From the NCBI GenBank assembly GCA_030390025.1, contig CM059432.1, positions 65,164,001-65,228,000 of the forward strand: 64,000 nt of DNA, read 5' to 3'. The notes under the pieces were generated by a model. It ran no database searches, had not been told where the DNA came from, and saw nothing but the letters and a program-made list of their open reading frames with translations. The position numbers were made by a program, and so were the translations under genes. This stretch comes from Squalus acanthias. Its lineage: Eukaryota. Position 1 is the stretch's first letter. Every line of letters starts with the position of its first letter. Below are positions 26,161 to 40,300 of the stretch, in pieces.

Positions 26161-26509
26161 ACCAACTGAGCCAAGCTAACAAGTTATGTGTAACGTGAAA
26201 AAATGCCATGAAGGTGAGTGCTGACTAAGTGTAAATTAAGGGGAAGACACCGATGACTGGAAGGGACTGGTCATAGGAAGAATACACCTAACTGAGAATA
26301 TAGGTGGAAACTGTAAAAGAAGCACCTGGGGATAAAGTAAATATCCCAAGTTTAAGTCTATCCCAGTAGAAAAATTAAGAACAATAAGTGATTACAGGGA
26401 ACATACAGAAAAAACTGTGAGGCAATACCACGTTATAGAGATAAAGAAGAGATAAAGAAGACAAGATATGGACAGTAAAGGTAAATGTGGAACTTCAAAT
26501 TAAACCATG

Positions 26510-26850
26510 ACAGTAGGACAAGGTGGCACAGGTTCAAACTAATGAAAGGCAAATTTAGGACGGATGTCAGGAAGCTCTTCACACAGAAGAGGTGATTTTA
26601 ACTTTTCTCGCTGGGAAAAGAGAATTGGGTGAGGTGTACAACAGTCTGCTGATTCGCTATCACCCATTTTTCACCTGACAATAAAAGATAAAATGACCCC
26701 TAACAAGTGATAAACATGGGAAACAGAATTTTGGGTAGGTTAGTTGAATCATTTAAGAAACAGTTGCTGCGATCAGGGATTGTAGGCTTTTCTGGACGAT
26801 TAGTTAGGATGGGCTGAGTGGGTTCTTCACCTCTATCTACCTAGTAATCA
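26510..26850 (+). mobile_element. Old CR1 3' end interrupted by a MITE of about 110 bp (26589-26700)
   Basis: CR1-like ggacaaggtggcacaggttcaaacta...ttcacacaga. The insert has TIRs GAGGTGATTTTAACTTTT / AAAAGATAAAATGACCCC. Confidence 0.55.
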
Positions 26851-27096
26851 TGAAATATTTTAGTTTTCGCTTTAATAAGTATGTTTGATATTTGCAGAAT
26901 ATAAATTGCATTTTAACATAATTTCAGAGGAAATCATAATTGGTGCAAACATTATGAACAACACAAGCAAAATGTTGTTTTAATAATTGTAAATGTAAAA
27001 GAATCCTCATTGGTATTGTATTTTACCTTTTTGGACGTTTCAGTTATGTTTGGTAACCTCTGGTTATTTTGTTTCTCTTTTGACTTGGGACCATAC

Positions 27097-27254
27097 CTAT
27101 GTCATTGAAGTCCACAGTTAAGCCTTGCTTGACATGGTTCTGTATCAGCTGCAAGGTCCGCTCAAAGATCTCTCCTGCTCTTGCTGTCTCCACAGTGAAG
27201 GGATCCCGTGGATAACGGAACAAAGCCAGCAGGTCATTTGGACTGAGTGGGCGC
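27097..27254 (-). CDS. PXDNL: Peroxidasin-like protein, internal exon (propeptide-like region before the peroxidase domain)
   Basis: Acceptor ttctttctag|G and donor ATAG|gtatg; 158 nt, phase 2-1. Translates [52 protein letters not shown]. Confidence 0.93.
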
Positions 27255-27660
27255 CTAGAAAGAAAATGTACAAGAAAAGGCAACCAGAGTCTCAATGTAA
27301 CACAGGCAGAACTGTTTAATTGTTCATAACATTTAGACAATGTAATTCCTTTAGAAATGCATTTTTGCAAATTTTAAATATAGTAAAAGGCATTTTTGAT
27401 CCATTTACCTCAAATAAACTGCAGTCCAGCAGCAATGTGATGACAGGATTCACTTCACTATTCAGACATCACAGCTATAGCTACAGCAGCCTTGAGTTGT
27501 CTGGCTCTCAAATTTGGGCTTTTCTCAGCTGGGATGTGTACTTTTTCTAACCATTTCTCTTTGCATTGTAACTATGGCTGTTTTGAAAGCCCAACAGAGC
27601 AGATTTTTAAACTTAGAATTTTATAATTAATAGTGTGCCAATAATTATAACCAAAATTAG

Positions 27661-30600
27661 GGGCCTGATTTTAACCCTACCTGTCTAGGTGGGTGAGCAG
27701 TTAAAATCGCAAAAAAATGACTTGCTGACCCATCGGAAACAGGCGGGTGCCTAATAAATATATGCAAATCAGGGTTCCATGATGTAATTTTTGTTACATA
27801 AGGGTATCAAGGGAAAAGGATTAATTGTGTGTAAATGAAGTAGAGGTACAGATCAGCCATGATCTGACTGAATTGTGGAACAGGTTTGAACGGCTGAATG
27901 GCCTGCTCCTGCTCATATATTCCATTTTAGCTATTTTAACTGGGCGGAATTATCGGCCAACTCGCTCAGTAAAACCTCGAGGGATTGTTCTCAGAAACTT
28001 ACTGACAAGAACTGGTAAAGAATTTAAAGGGGAACTTATCTGAAGGCAGAGATGCTTGTGCTGCAAAGCTTATTGAATATCTAAACACTGGTAAGCTACC
28101 ACATAAATTTTTTCCTACTTTTTGGCTTCACTCATCCTGAGTAAAAACTCTCCGCTTGTCACAAATTGCTTAAGTAGTCTGGTTGAAGTGACAGTCGGAC
28201 GATGAGGAGCAGCAGCCTCACCAACCAGACTGAGCAGCATCTGGGCCTGTTGGAGGACAGTACGTGAGGGGGCAGTCAGAGAGGCCGGGGATCAATTAAT
28301 ACAGAAGCCCTGTTGTTAACCTTCTCAATCCACTAGCCTGAATTGTGACAAAAAACCTTCTCCCTAATAGTCGTTGTTACGCCTTTCCTCACTCCCTTCA
28401 TTGTGCATTAAAGAACAGTGAAACCCTTCAGCCAACCTCTATATAAGTGACATTCTGAAATGCAGACTAACTAACTGCAATGAAAAGAGACCAGACAACA
28501 AACTCCTAAATATGAAAGTGATGAATTTATTTACAAACAGAAGATTGAACTAAAATCTTTTGACATGCGAGTGCTCAACCCATAGTGCTTTTCTTAATAG
28601 AAGGTTTCCTCACTCTACTACCTTTAGCAGAGTTGGTGGAAGGCTGCTGTTGCTCATGTGGGGTCCCTTGAGTTGCCGTGGCTGGCGACTCCTGGGTGTT
28701 CGAGCCTGAAGATCCGGCTGCAGACTGCTGCACATCAGCTTCTCCTGGGGCAGTCTGGCCCAATTGTTTTTTTCTGGCACCGTACTGGGTATTGGTTGAG
28801 AGAATGGTAAGGGAACAAATATACTGACATCCTGAGAGAGGGCAACATGTGCCACTTCCATTGCACCACTGCCAACTCCCATGAGGCTGGGGCTCACCAC
28901 TTCCACTGATCTGCAAGAGCGCAGACTGCAGAAGATGACTGAATCCTTAAAAGTCCCTATTCACTTGCTCTACCAATGTCTCCAAGATCAACCTCTGTCT
29001 ATCCAAGGCGGAGCTCAGGTTTGAGCACAGAGTCTGCATGGCAGCCATTTGAGCTTGTACCAAAGCTGCAAAGTGTGCGAACATGAACTTCTGTTGTAAG
29101 ATTCGGCTGCAGTGTCCTTGGAGGTAGCCACACTCTCCTCAGTAAATCTGATGCCATGTGAGATGATATCACTCAGGCTGGAAGCGGACTTATCAACACA
29201 TTCAGGCCCTTGGCAGGACTTCCAATATCTGAAATAACTGCTTATGAGAAGCAAGCAGTTTTCTTCTCATTGCTGGGTACCTGAAGACCTCATCTCTGTC
29301 CTCAGCAGAGCTGGGAGAGGACCTTGCCCTTCATGAGCTGTCTCCGGTGCTGTCCCTGCCACTACCATCTACTCCTGCACACAATTGCTAGGAGCATCAC
29401 CATGTGCAGACCCCTCTACCTCCCTCTCTAACCCAGTCGAGGTGCAAATCTCTGTGCTGGTGCTTGGGAGTGATGGAGCGCATGACAATGCCTCATCAGA
29501 AATATTCTTCTCCTCTGAGGTATCTTCTTCAGGGGGCTCTGGTTGTTGAGAAGGACCTAGAGAAAAGGGAAAAGGGGCAATCGTCAGGATGGCACTAGAA
29601 GACTGCACAGCAGCAGAAGACATGCATCTCAATGTAATTTGATGTAGTCAAATTGGCTGTGTATTTTTCCAGTGCTTAATGAAGGGGTACAAATAATTGT
29701 CAGAGACCCTGTTCAATGATGCCCCAGCCTCAAAATGCTTGATACGCACAGTTCTGGCAGGCCCACAAATATCCATGGCTTGCTGCTCTAGCTTGCTCTG
29801 GATCATGAGGTTAACTGGTCAGCCCCAGTCTTAATCCTCTGACTATTATTATATGCCATTTTGTATTGCACAAAGAGAGAGAGAGCAGCAGTCAGTGACT
29901 GGCTAATAAATGGAGAGTACAGATGTGTGGGACTTGTGATGGTAGTGCATATATTGAGAGGGAGAAGAAGCAAGATGCAAGCATTATGAGGAGGTGCTGA
30001 ATGGAGTGTGGTGCCAAAGGAGTCCGGTGCCAAAGGAGTCCTGAGAGAAGGTGCTGATTCTGCAAAAGCTATCAAGTGAAAGGAGAATGTTGCTCATAGG
30101 AACATAGTAACAGGAGTAGGCCATTCAACCCCTTGTGCCTGTTCCACCATTCAATGAGAACATGGCTGATATGCGATCTAACTTCATATACTCGCCTTTG
30201 GCCCATATCCCTTAATACCTTTGGTTAACAAAAAGCTATCAATCTCAGGTTTAAAAGTAACAACTAATCTAGCATCAATTGCCATTTGTGGAAGAGAGTT
30301 CCAAACTTCTACCACCCTTTGTGTGCAGAAGTGTTTCCTAATCTCACTCCTGAAAGGCATGGCTCTAATTTTTACACTATGCCCCCTAGTCCTAAAATCC
30401 GCAACCAGCAGAAATAGTTGCTCTCTATCTACCCTATCTGCTCCCCTTAATATCCTGAAAACTTCAATCAGATCACCCCTTAACTTCTAAAATCGAGGGG
30501 GATACAACCCTAATTTGTGTAATCTCTCCTCGTAACTTAACCCTTGAAATCCAGTTAGCATTCTGGTAAACCGATGCTGCACTCCCTCCAAGGCCAATAT

Positions 30601-32590
30601 ATTCTTATAAGGTGTGGTGCCCAGAACTGCTCACAGTACTCCAGGTGTGGTCTAACCAGGGTTTTGTATAGCTGCAACATAACTTCTACCCCCTTGTATT
30701 TTAGTCCTTTAGATATAAAGGCCAGCATTCCATCAGCCTTTTTGATTATTTTCTGTTCTTGTTCATTACATTTTAATGATCTATGTACCTGGACCCCAAG
30801 TCTCTTTGGACTTCCACTGTTTTTAGCTTTTCACCATTTAGAAAGTACCCTGTTCTATCCTTTTTTGGTCCAAAGTGGATGACCTCACATTTGCTTACAT
30901 TGAAATTCATTTGCCACAGTTTTGCCCATTCACTTAATCTATCAGTATCCCTTTGTAATTTTATGCTTTCATCTACACTGCCTACAATGCCGCCTATCAT
31001 GTTTCATCGGCAGATTTGACTTTCTATGCCATCATCTAAGTCATTAATAAATACTGTGAATAGTTGAGGCCCCAACACAGGTCCCTGCGGGACACCACTA
31101 GTCACATCCTGCCAATTTGAGTACCTACCCATATCCCTACTCTCTGTCTCCTGCCACTCAGCCAATTTCCTAACCAGGTCAATAATTTGCCCTCAATTCC
31201 ATGTTAACCTTAGTTAACAGTCTCTTATGTGGGACTTTATCAAATGCCTTCTGGAAGTCCATATAAATAACATCCATAGACATTCCCCTGTCCACTAGTT
31301 TAGTCACCTCTTCAAAAAATTCAATCAGGTTTGTCAGGCATGATCTACCTTTCACAAATCCATGCTGGCTCTCTCTGATCAACTGAAAATTTTCACGGTG
31401 TTCAGTCACCCGATCCTTAATTATAGACTCTAGCAATTTCCCGACAACAGATGTTAGGCTAACTGGTCTATAATCCCCTGGTTTCCCTCTCTCGCCATTC
31501 TTAGAAAGCGGAGTGACATGCGCAATTTTCCAATCTCAAGGGACGGTTCCTTAATCTAGAGAACTTTGGAAGATTATAGTTAGGGCATCTGCAATTTGCT
31601 CACCTACTTCCTTTAAAACCCTGGGATGGAAACCATCTGGTCCTGGGGATTTGTCACTCTTCAGTGCCATTATTTTCTTCATTACTGTTATTTTACTTAC
31701 GTTAATTTTATTGAGTCACTGTCCCCAATTCAATAATAGTTTCCTTGGGATTTCCGGCATGCTATCCTCTTCTTCTACTGTAAATACTGATGCAAAGTAA
31801 TTATTCAATATGCCCTCCATTTCCTTATTATCATTGACAATATCACCACTTTCAGTTTTTAAGGGGCCAACATTGCTCCTGATTAGCCTCTTTTTCCTAA
31901 TGTAATTGTAAAAATTCTTCGTATTGATTCTCGTGGCTGGTGTGAAGGGAGGAAGGAAGAGATGAATGTGAGTTTGAAATTAGAATTAGAGGTAGTCTCA
32001 TGTGCCCTTGTGCTGGGTGGTGAAGGAAGTTATAGAGGGAAAGGAATTGTTCACAGTGCTGGGGAGGGGAGTGAAGGACTGCTGTCATGTGCTCTAGAAA
32101 GAGGGGGATAAATGAAGAGTAGTACTGACCCTTACTACTCTAGTTAAGCCACTGAAGCACCCCTTGCACTGTATCCAGGTCCTGGGGATGATACTCCTGG
32201 AGCCGATGGTCTCTGCAATCTCTTGTTAACCCTCACCTCATCCAGAAGCACCTACAGGGAGGCTTCTGAGAACCTTGATGCCTGCCTCTTACTCAATTCT
32301 GGGAAGATTTTTCTTCCACTACCTTGCAAACAAAACAAGACACAAAGGAATGCAACCTCGCTTCAAGAGGTGCATTCCTGCTTTAAATAGGCCTCTTGCT
32401 GACCTGTCGGAAATTGCACCCTGGAGTAGGGTGGGTTTCCAGGCGGGTTCAGAGTAAAACCCACTGGTGAGATTATAATGAGGCCCAGGAGTTAAAATGC
32501 CCCGGGCCTGTTTTTGGCTACAGCAGGTGAGGTTTGAACTGAAACCAAAATGCACCTGCTGAAAACTGACCCAGAGTAAAAATCAGGGCC
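27661..32590 (-). mobile_element. PIF/Harbinger derivative that keeps a degraded three-exon Myb/SANT gene; transposase core deleted; CR1 inserted
   Basis: TIR GGGCCTGATTTTAAC / GTAAAAATCAGGGCC with TAG TSD. Myb exon 1 at about 32130-32320 (RFSEASL*VLLDEV...PRTWIQCKGCFSGLTRVVR|gtcagt), exon 2 at about 29700-29870 (KMAYNNSQRIKTG), exon 3 at about 28590-29560. Only the acidic transposase C-terminal remnant remains, at about 28200-28305 (+). Confidence 0.8.
30096..31930 (-). mobile_element. CR1 LINE inserted in the Harbinger Myb intron 1
   Basis: SQHGFVKGRSCLTNLIEFFEEV, YMDFQKAFDKVPH, WQMNFNVSKCEVIHFG; tail at about 30096. Confidence 0.93.
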
Positions 32591-33250
32591 TAGATTTAGA
32601 AAACTTGAATGGTGGCACCTTGATTACCTGTTGAATTGGAGCCCCCACCCCCCGACCCCAGTAGATAACAGAAATAGGCAGTTAATCAAGGTTCCACTGG
32701 AACTGAGCAGCTGCAGTAAACAGCAAGAGAAAGGAATGCAGGGATCAGCTGTTCAGAGGGACTAGAAGATTCATGTGGATTGCTCTGCTTATAAATCTTG
32801 TCAGTTCAAAAATAACTCAATAAAATGTGTGAAAAAACACAATGTAAGGAGAGTGTCATGTAAAAGGTGCCTCTGCTCCCCCAGAAAAACTGATCACTGT
32901 GAGAGTGATCCTCTCTCTCACTGCTCTTTACTGTGCAATCCACTGATCTCCTGACTCCCCAGAAATTCTCAAAGATAAACAAGAATGTATTTAGTGAGAG
33001 TGCAGATAATCAGGGTTGTACTGTTCCTTCTCTATCGTTTGAGATCCCAGCTATAGTTGTATCAGATGGGCATCAAATGTAACAGAAAGCAGTCATGAAA
33101 AGTGCACACATGATTAAAGAGGCTAATCTCCGAGCCACAGTTGAGTTTTGTCAGCTTGGCCGCTGGGCAGATTGCCTCATGATAGTCAAGCATTTAACAT
33201 TCATCTCATCTCATTATAAGCAGGTCTCTAGCTGATTGATTAAACATTCA

Positions 33251-35282
33251 GGCCTGGAATTTCCTGCGTGGGCACAACCCAGAAGTTGGACTCGAAATTA
33301 CGCCCATTCCTGTGCCCATTCTGCCGATGGCAAGATGGCTCAAATTTTCTGCCAATCTCATATACCCGAAACGTAAAATGATCACAATTTAGCGTAATTG
33401 GCCAGCGTGGTTTGAATGTAATTGGAGCAGAACCAATAGAGCCTCAAGGTGTTAGGTTGAAGAACTACAAAAGTGGGAGAATTTTGTTTCCTTCCGAGTA
33501 AAGCTGGAGAGTGCAAGGTGAACAGCACACAACTCTCTGTCATAAAGATTTTTAAATAATTCATTTAAATTGCTCCGTAAGGAGGCTCCATTGTATTCTC
33601 ACAGATGAGTGAATCACAGGAGAAGGCTGACAGGAAGAGGGCCTTCAACTTTGCGGAAGATGACCTGCAGTCCCTCCTGGATAAGATAGAGGGAAAGTAA
33701 GATGGGCTCCTTAGCTCCCCCAAACCCCACCCCTCACATGCGGTCAGGAGACGGGCGAGGACGGAGGTGGCAGAGGCACTGAGTGCCACATCCATAGTGC
33801 CAGGACAGTGGAGCAATGCTGCAAAACATTCAATGACCTGATCATAGCAGGGTTAGGTAAGACACTCATCATGCTCTCCCTTTATTCCTCGCCCACTGTG
33901 GGCAGGACACTCACGTCTTTGAGAAAGAGCTAGTTGATCAGTGACTTTGCAGCAAAACCCCCTGGAAAGATGGAGCACCTTCAATTGTTCCAGATATTCA
34001 AATGACTGCAAGCCTACTTTTTCTCTAGGCACAGAGGGATCATTATCCACGTTTTGTCACCCACAACCCAACCAGTTACTTGACTGTTTTTCTTGAAGAG
34101 CTAAGGGAAGAAAGAATTTCTGAGGATGAAGGCATCAAGCCAACTTCTAGGAAATGTGGCATTCACAGGGAAGATTCTTTGCAACTGGTTGCACACAGTT
34201 TGGACATTCAACAAGTGGCACCCTCTTTTATTGAAAAAGTTGAAGTTGTTTACTGTAAGAGCTTGCAATGTTACATACATACTATCAATTGCACCCTGCG
34301 ATTTGGGTAACGCAACAACGTGATAAAACTGGATGAGCTTATCACACTGCTGCCTTGCTGCCATCCCAAACTGTGTGAATTCCTCAACTCTCCTAAAAGA
34401 TGTGTCACTTACCTGATGCATCCATGCTGGAATGGCATCTGGATGCTATGACATAGGTCCCTGTGGCTGCTTGAAATTAGCAAATTGCATAAAGGTTGAG
34501 TACCATGACAACATTTACTTCAACAGGCCGAGCTGTCTGGGCAGATGATCTTGGCTGCAGGTCTTCATGCAGAAGCTAGTAGAATTCTCTTATCGTGTAC
34601 TCTTCTTACGTAAAGCACTTCACTGAGATCTTCATATGGCTTGTAAATTCTTTGGGGAAAGGATAATACCTTGCAGGGCACCTTCTCCTCAAAAAGCTGC
34701 CTCACTCACCTTTCCTCCATCCTATCCTGCTTCACCTCCTCCTCCTCCATTCAAATAGAGAACAAGGGGATGCCCATTTGAATCCAGTAGCTGTTACTCA
34801 GAACCTTTCACTGTGGGTATAGGGAAACAATATCCTAGTGGTCTCACAGGCCCTCAGGCTGCCAGAGGCAAGGTCAGCCCAGTCCAGTTGCAACTCAAAA
34901 AAAAGAGTTCAAAAATACCTCCTGCAATTCAAGTAATCACTCTTCAAAGCTTCTCCAGGCTGCAGGTTTCAAAGTAAAGCACATCTGCCAGTATCAGCTG
35001 ATACCACTTTAATTTAATTCTAAGTCACTTTTAGTGCATTGGCGGCACAAGACACGGGCTTTATCCACTTCTACGCTGGTCTTTTATATTTATTAAAATG
35101 AGCACCAGGCAGCATTGGTGCATGCATTACGGTGGGTTCCAGACCCAGATGGAAATAGCAGTGCAGCCATTAGGGGTGGAAACCTGCATTAAGGGGTCCA
35201 CCCCAATTTTCAGATCTCAAAATGTTAAAGCTCGATTCCAGTGCCAATGAAAAGCTGGAAATGGCACGTAAAATCGGGGCCC
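33251..35282. mobile_element. Degraded, internally deleted PIF/Harbinger element with Myb exon 1 (+) and transposase (-)
   Basis: + strand at about 33604-33856: MSESQEKADRKRAFNFAEDDLQSLL...FNDL, followed by ag|gtaag. - strand at about 33920-34780: HARBI1-like LPKSQGAIDSMYV...FFNKRGCHLLNVQTVCN...FPRSWLDAFIL. TIRs are weak and boundaries approximate. Confidence 0.75.
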
Positions 35283-35559
35283 ATTAATCTCTGAGTTGTA
35301 CCGACAGCTACCCTTCCAGAATCTCTCTATGTATCAAAATCATTTTACCAGTGAAGTAGAGATTAGTAAAGTTGTCAAACAGTAATAAAATTCAATTTAC
35401 TTACATAGTAAAATAAGCTTATCATGGAACTAATTTATGTCAACTAGATAAATATATGGACCTCAAAAAGTACGATTTATAACAGAGTTTTATTTTCCCA
35501 AATTGTTTTGAGTTTTATTCCACAGACTTTTATCAAATTACTTAGTTTCATTCATCCAA

Positions 35560-35850
35560 TGATTAGCCGAGCTGTGCAGAGCACCAAGGTTTGATTTCTG
35601 GTCTGTGCTGAGTTAGTTGATCTCAGCCAAGGCACCAGTAAGGATGCTGCAATTGACCTCAATGCCTTGGATTAGGAAAGGTAAAAATAGCCATGGTTCC
35701 CATTTCTAATAGCTATCCAGTGACTGCTGCTGGAAGGTTATATGTGTGGCACTCTGGTGAGAATAGGATCAGGCTCACCTGTGATACCCACCACAGTCAA
35801 ATCGCCTGCCGATACTAACCGTCATTGCACAGTGGGTGTCCACCATCCGT
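35560..35850 (+). mobile_element. SINE-like interspersed repeat; second copy on the minus strand at about 45690-45975
   Basis: B-box-like GGTTTGATTTC, then tctgtgctgagttagttgatctcagc...atccagtgac...ggatcaggct...ctgtgata. A reverse-complement copy lies at 45760-45975. I cannot name the family with confidence. Confidence 0.6.
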
Positions 35851-35939
35851 GTAATCATATCCAACATGAAGTCAACACCTTCAAGAAAGTAAGGAGGAGA
35901 GGGAGTGGGAAGAAAATGGGCAGAAGAAAAATATCTTAC

Positions 35940-36048
35940 TTGTTAAATAATTTCTTGCGTGTGGAGTTAATTGCACTGTCAACGCTATTAATAGCTTCAC
36001 GAATGGAAGACTCAACAAAGTTGTCACCAGTCCGACCTCTCTCTGGAA
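35940..36048 (-). CDS. PXDNL: Peroxidasin-like protein, internal exon (Ig-to-peroxidase linker)
   Basis: Acceptor ttcttcctcag|TT and donor AA|gtaag; 109 nt, phase 1-2. Translates (V)PERGRTGDNFVESSIREAINSVDSAINSTRKKLFN(K). Confidence 0.92.
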
Positions 36049-36690
36049 CTGAGGAAGAAAAAACAAGTAGAAAAGAACTGAAGCACACACTCATAAAAAA
36101 GCAACTAAACACTTTGCTCTTCAATAGAAAGTTCAAACTTAGCATACTCATAAGAGGTATTTCATAAGCAGGAGAGGTGCTCCTGATGATAACACTTCCC
36201 ACATTAATGTTCAGGTGATCAAGATAAATCCACAATACTGGTATGCTTGTTGTTTACCCTTACCCTGGATGCTCATAAGGGAACAACTCCTGAGACTCAA
36301 AAAAATGGGATTTCAGTCATACTAACCATTTACCTGACACTCTAGCTTCTACTAGTAACAGATAAAGCCAGATAGAAGTTTCTCGTATCTCCACTATTGA
36401 CAAAAAACAGTCTGCTCAGGCTACTGTAACTACTGGACTCCAACCATACTGGGGGGGGGGGGGGGGGGGGAGACAACCAAAAATAAACATTCAAAGATCT
36501 GTATCCCATGCAGAAACTGAAAACCTCATTGCATAGATAAATAATCAACAGAAGTCCATAGTTAATATTCACATATGTCTGCAGATATTCTCAACAGACT
36601 CATATTATAATCAACTATATTAAAACAATAAAGAAAATGAATTAATCTATGAGATCAAATAGATGTACTATTGAAAAAGAAAACACTTAC

Positions 36691-36847
36691 CAGTCACTCT
36701 TAGCAGCATATTTGTGGTTGCTTGGCCAATCATGTTCCGTGCAGCGCATTCATATCTTCCTTCGTCTGCTTGCCCAATATCCCTGATCGCAAGTGTCCCT
36801 TCTGCATTAACATGGAACTTTCCACTTTCTGTAATTTGAACTCCATC
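36691..36847 (-). CDS. PXDNL: Peroxidasin-like protein, internal exon (second half of Ig domain 4)
   Basis: Acceptor gttgaacag|GAT and donor ACTG|gtaagt; 157 nt, phase 0-1. Translates [52 protein letters not shown]. Confidence 0.93.
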
Positions 36848-37395
36848 CTGTTCAACAAACATATTCATTTCTAAGGTACTGGTAAGCCCTATTTCTAAAA
36901 CAAATTTTATATTTTCATTAAATTCTTTTTCCCAGTAGGCCACCAATTCTTCTCCCACAGAATTAAGTTTCATAAAAGACGGAAAAAATTCTTCTACCAC
37001 CAAGGATAGCTGTTGGCAACAAATTCATGTGTATGTGAAAACAAAAAAGGAACAGAACATTTATAGCCATTTATTTTTGAAGGAGCAACAAATAGATCTT
37101 AGGAACTCATTTTATGAGAAACCATTGTTAAGTGCTCTCCCATGGAGTTCCTGCTTGGTGGTAAATGTTCGGCTGGACTTTTCTCCATTCTACCACCCAA
37201 CATTATAGTGGTATAGCAGAGGACAATCAGACTGACAGGCTTACTGGCACAACTCCAAACTTATATTCACTGACCTGAAGTTCCTTCCCTCCCCTGCTAC
37301 AGGTAGTAGGCTGCCTGAGCCCAGACAGCCTCATTACATTTAAATTACATTGGGGAGGCAGGACTTGGATACTCAATTTCCGTCTCTACCACCAT

Positions 37396-40300
37396 TGCAA
37401 ATTGGCAAAGGTAGTCTGGAGGACAAGTTCATGGAATGTATTCGAGACAGTTTCCTAGAACAATATGTCATTGAACCAACCAGGGAACAGGCTATTTTAG
37501 ATCTTGTATTGTGTAATGAGACAGGGTTAATTAGTAATCACATAGTAAAGGAGCTACTGGGGAAGAGTGATCATAATATGGTAAAATTTCACGTTGATTT
37601 TGAGAGTGAAATACTTCAGTCGGAAACGAGTGTCTTAAACTTAAATAAAGCCAATTACATAGGTATGAGGGGTGAATTAGCTAAGGTAGATTGGGAAATT
37701 AGATTAAAAGGTATGACAGTAGATAAGCAGTGGCAAATATTTCAAAATTCTCAATGAATATACATTCCATTGAGAAATAACAACTCCATGGGAAAAGTGA
37801 CCCATCCATGGCTAACTAAAGAAGTTAAGGATAGTATTAGATTAAAAGAAGAGGCTTATAATGTTGCGAAGAATAGTAATAAGCCTAAGGATTGGGAGAG
37901 CTTTAGAAACCAACAAAGGATGACCAAAAAGTTGATAAAATTGGAGAAAATAGAATATGAGAGTAAACTAGCAAGAAGTATAAAAACAGATTGTAAGAGC
38001 TTCTACAAGTATGCAAAAAGGAAGAGAGTAGCAAAGTAAGCATTGGTCCCTTAGAGCCTGAGACAGGTGAAATTATAATGGGGAATAAGGGAATGACAGA
38101 AACTTTAAACAAATATTTTGTATCTGTTTTCACAGTAGAAGACACAAATAGTATATCAAAAATAGTGGGGAACAAAGGGGCTAATAAGAGTGAGGAACTT
38201 AAAGTAAGTAACATCAGTAGAGAAAAAGTACTTGAGAAAGTAATGGCACTAAAAGCTGACAAATCCCCTGGACCTTGTGGTCTACATCCTGGGGTTCTAA
38301 AAGAGGTGGCTGCAGAGATAGTGGATGCATTGGTTGTGATCTTCCAAAGTTCTGTAGATTCTAGAATGATCCCAATGGATTGGAAGGTAGAAAATGTAAG
38401 CCCATTGTTCAAGAAAGGAGGGAGAGAGAAAACAGGGAACTACAGGCCAGTTAGCCTGACATCAGTCATTGGGAAAATGCTGGAATCCATTATTAAGGAA
38501 GTGGTAACAGGGCACTTAGAAAAACATAATGATTAGGTACAGTCAACATAGTTTTATGAAAGGGAAATCATGTTTAACACATTTATTAGAGTTTTTTGAG
38601 GATGTAACTAGCAGGGTAGATAAAGGGGAACTAGTGAATGTAGTATATTTGGATTTCCAAAAGACATTTGATAAGGTGCCACATAAAAGGTTGCTACGCA
38701 AGATAAGGGTTCATGGGGTTGGGGGCAGTATATTAGCATGGATAGAGGATTGGTTAATGAACAGAAAAAAGAGAGCAGGGATAAACAAGTCATTTTGAAG
38801 GTAAATCAGTGTCAGAGCAGTGGGAGGCATTCAAGGAGGAGATCCGGAGGGTTCAGACCAAACATGTGCCCTTAAAGAAAAAAGGTGGGACTAACAAATT
38901 TAGAGCCCCCTGGATGTCTAGAGACATACGGGGTAGGATAAAGAAAAAAAAGGAGGCATATGACCGATACCAAGGGCTAAATACTCCAGAATATTTAGAG
39001 GAGTACAGAAAGTGCAGGGGTGCAATTAAAAATGATATTAGGAAAGCAAAGAGAGAGCATGAAAAATTCTTGGCAAGTAAAATCAAGGAAAACCCAAAAT
39101 TGTTTTATAAATATATTAAGAGTAAGGGGATAACTAAAGAAAGGGTAGGCCTATTAGAGATCATGAGGGTAATCTGTGTGTGGAGGCGGGAGATGTCGGT
39201 AGGGTTCTTAATGAATACTTTGCGTCTGTTTTCACAAAGGAGAGGGGCGAAGCAGACATTGCTATCGGGGGGGGGGGAGGAGTGTGAAATATTAGATGAA
39301 ATAAACATAGTGAGAGAGGAAGTATTAAGGGGTTTAGCAGCTTTAAAAGTGGATAAATCCCCAGGCCCGGATGAAATGTATCCCAGGCTGTTAAGCGAAG
39401 CAAAAGAGGAAATAGCAGAGGCCCTGACCGTCATTTTTCAATCCTCTCTGGCTTCAGGTGTGGTGCCGGAGGACTGGAGGACTGCTAATGTGGTACCCTT
39501 ATTTAAAAAGGATAGACCGAGTAATTACAGGCCAGTCAGCCTAACCTCAGTGGTGGGAAAATTATTGGAAAGGATTCTGAAGGACAGGATAAATCTTCAT
39601 TTAGAAAGACATGGATTAATCAAGGATAGTCAGCATGGATTTGTTAAGGGAAGGTCGTGCCTGACAAACTTGATTGGATTTTTTGAGGACGTAACAAGGA
39701 GGGTAGATGAGGGTAGTGCGTTTGATGTAGTGTATATGGACTTTAGCAAGGCTTTTGATGAGGTTCTACATGGCAGACTGGTCACGAAGTTAAAAGCCCA
39801 TGGGATCCAGGGCAAAGTGTCAAGTTGGATTCAAAACTGGCTCGGAGACAGGAAGCAGAGGGTAATGGTTGATGGATGTTTTTGTGACTGGAAGGCTGTT
39901 TCCAGTGGGGTTCCGCAGGGCTCAGTACTAGGTCCCTTGCTTTTTGTGGTATATATCAACGATCTTGACTTGAATATAGGGGGTATGATTAAGAAGTTTG
40001 CAGATGATACCAAAATCGGCTGTGTGGTTGATACTGAAGAAGGAAGCTGTAGACTGCAGGAAGATATCAATAAATTGGTCAGGTGGGCAGAACAGTGGCA
40101 AATGGAATTCAATCCAGAGAAGTGTGAGGTTATGCATTTGGGGAGGGCTAACAAGGAAAGGGAATACACATTAAATGGTAGGATAATGAGTAGTGTAGAG
40201 GAACAAAGGGACCTTGGAGTGCATGTCCACAGATCCCTGAAGGTAGCAGGCCAGGTAGATAAGGTGGTTAAGAAGGCATACGGAATGCTTGCCTTTATTA

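Noticed and set aside
36451..36470. G20 homopolymer, plus C/G runs at about 24380-24430 and 54857-54890
   Set aside because: These are simple low-complexity runs of uncertain length, with no supporting evidence of function.
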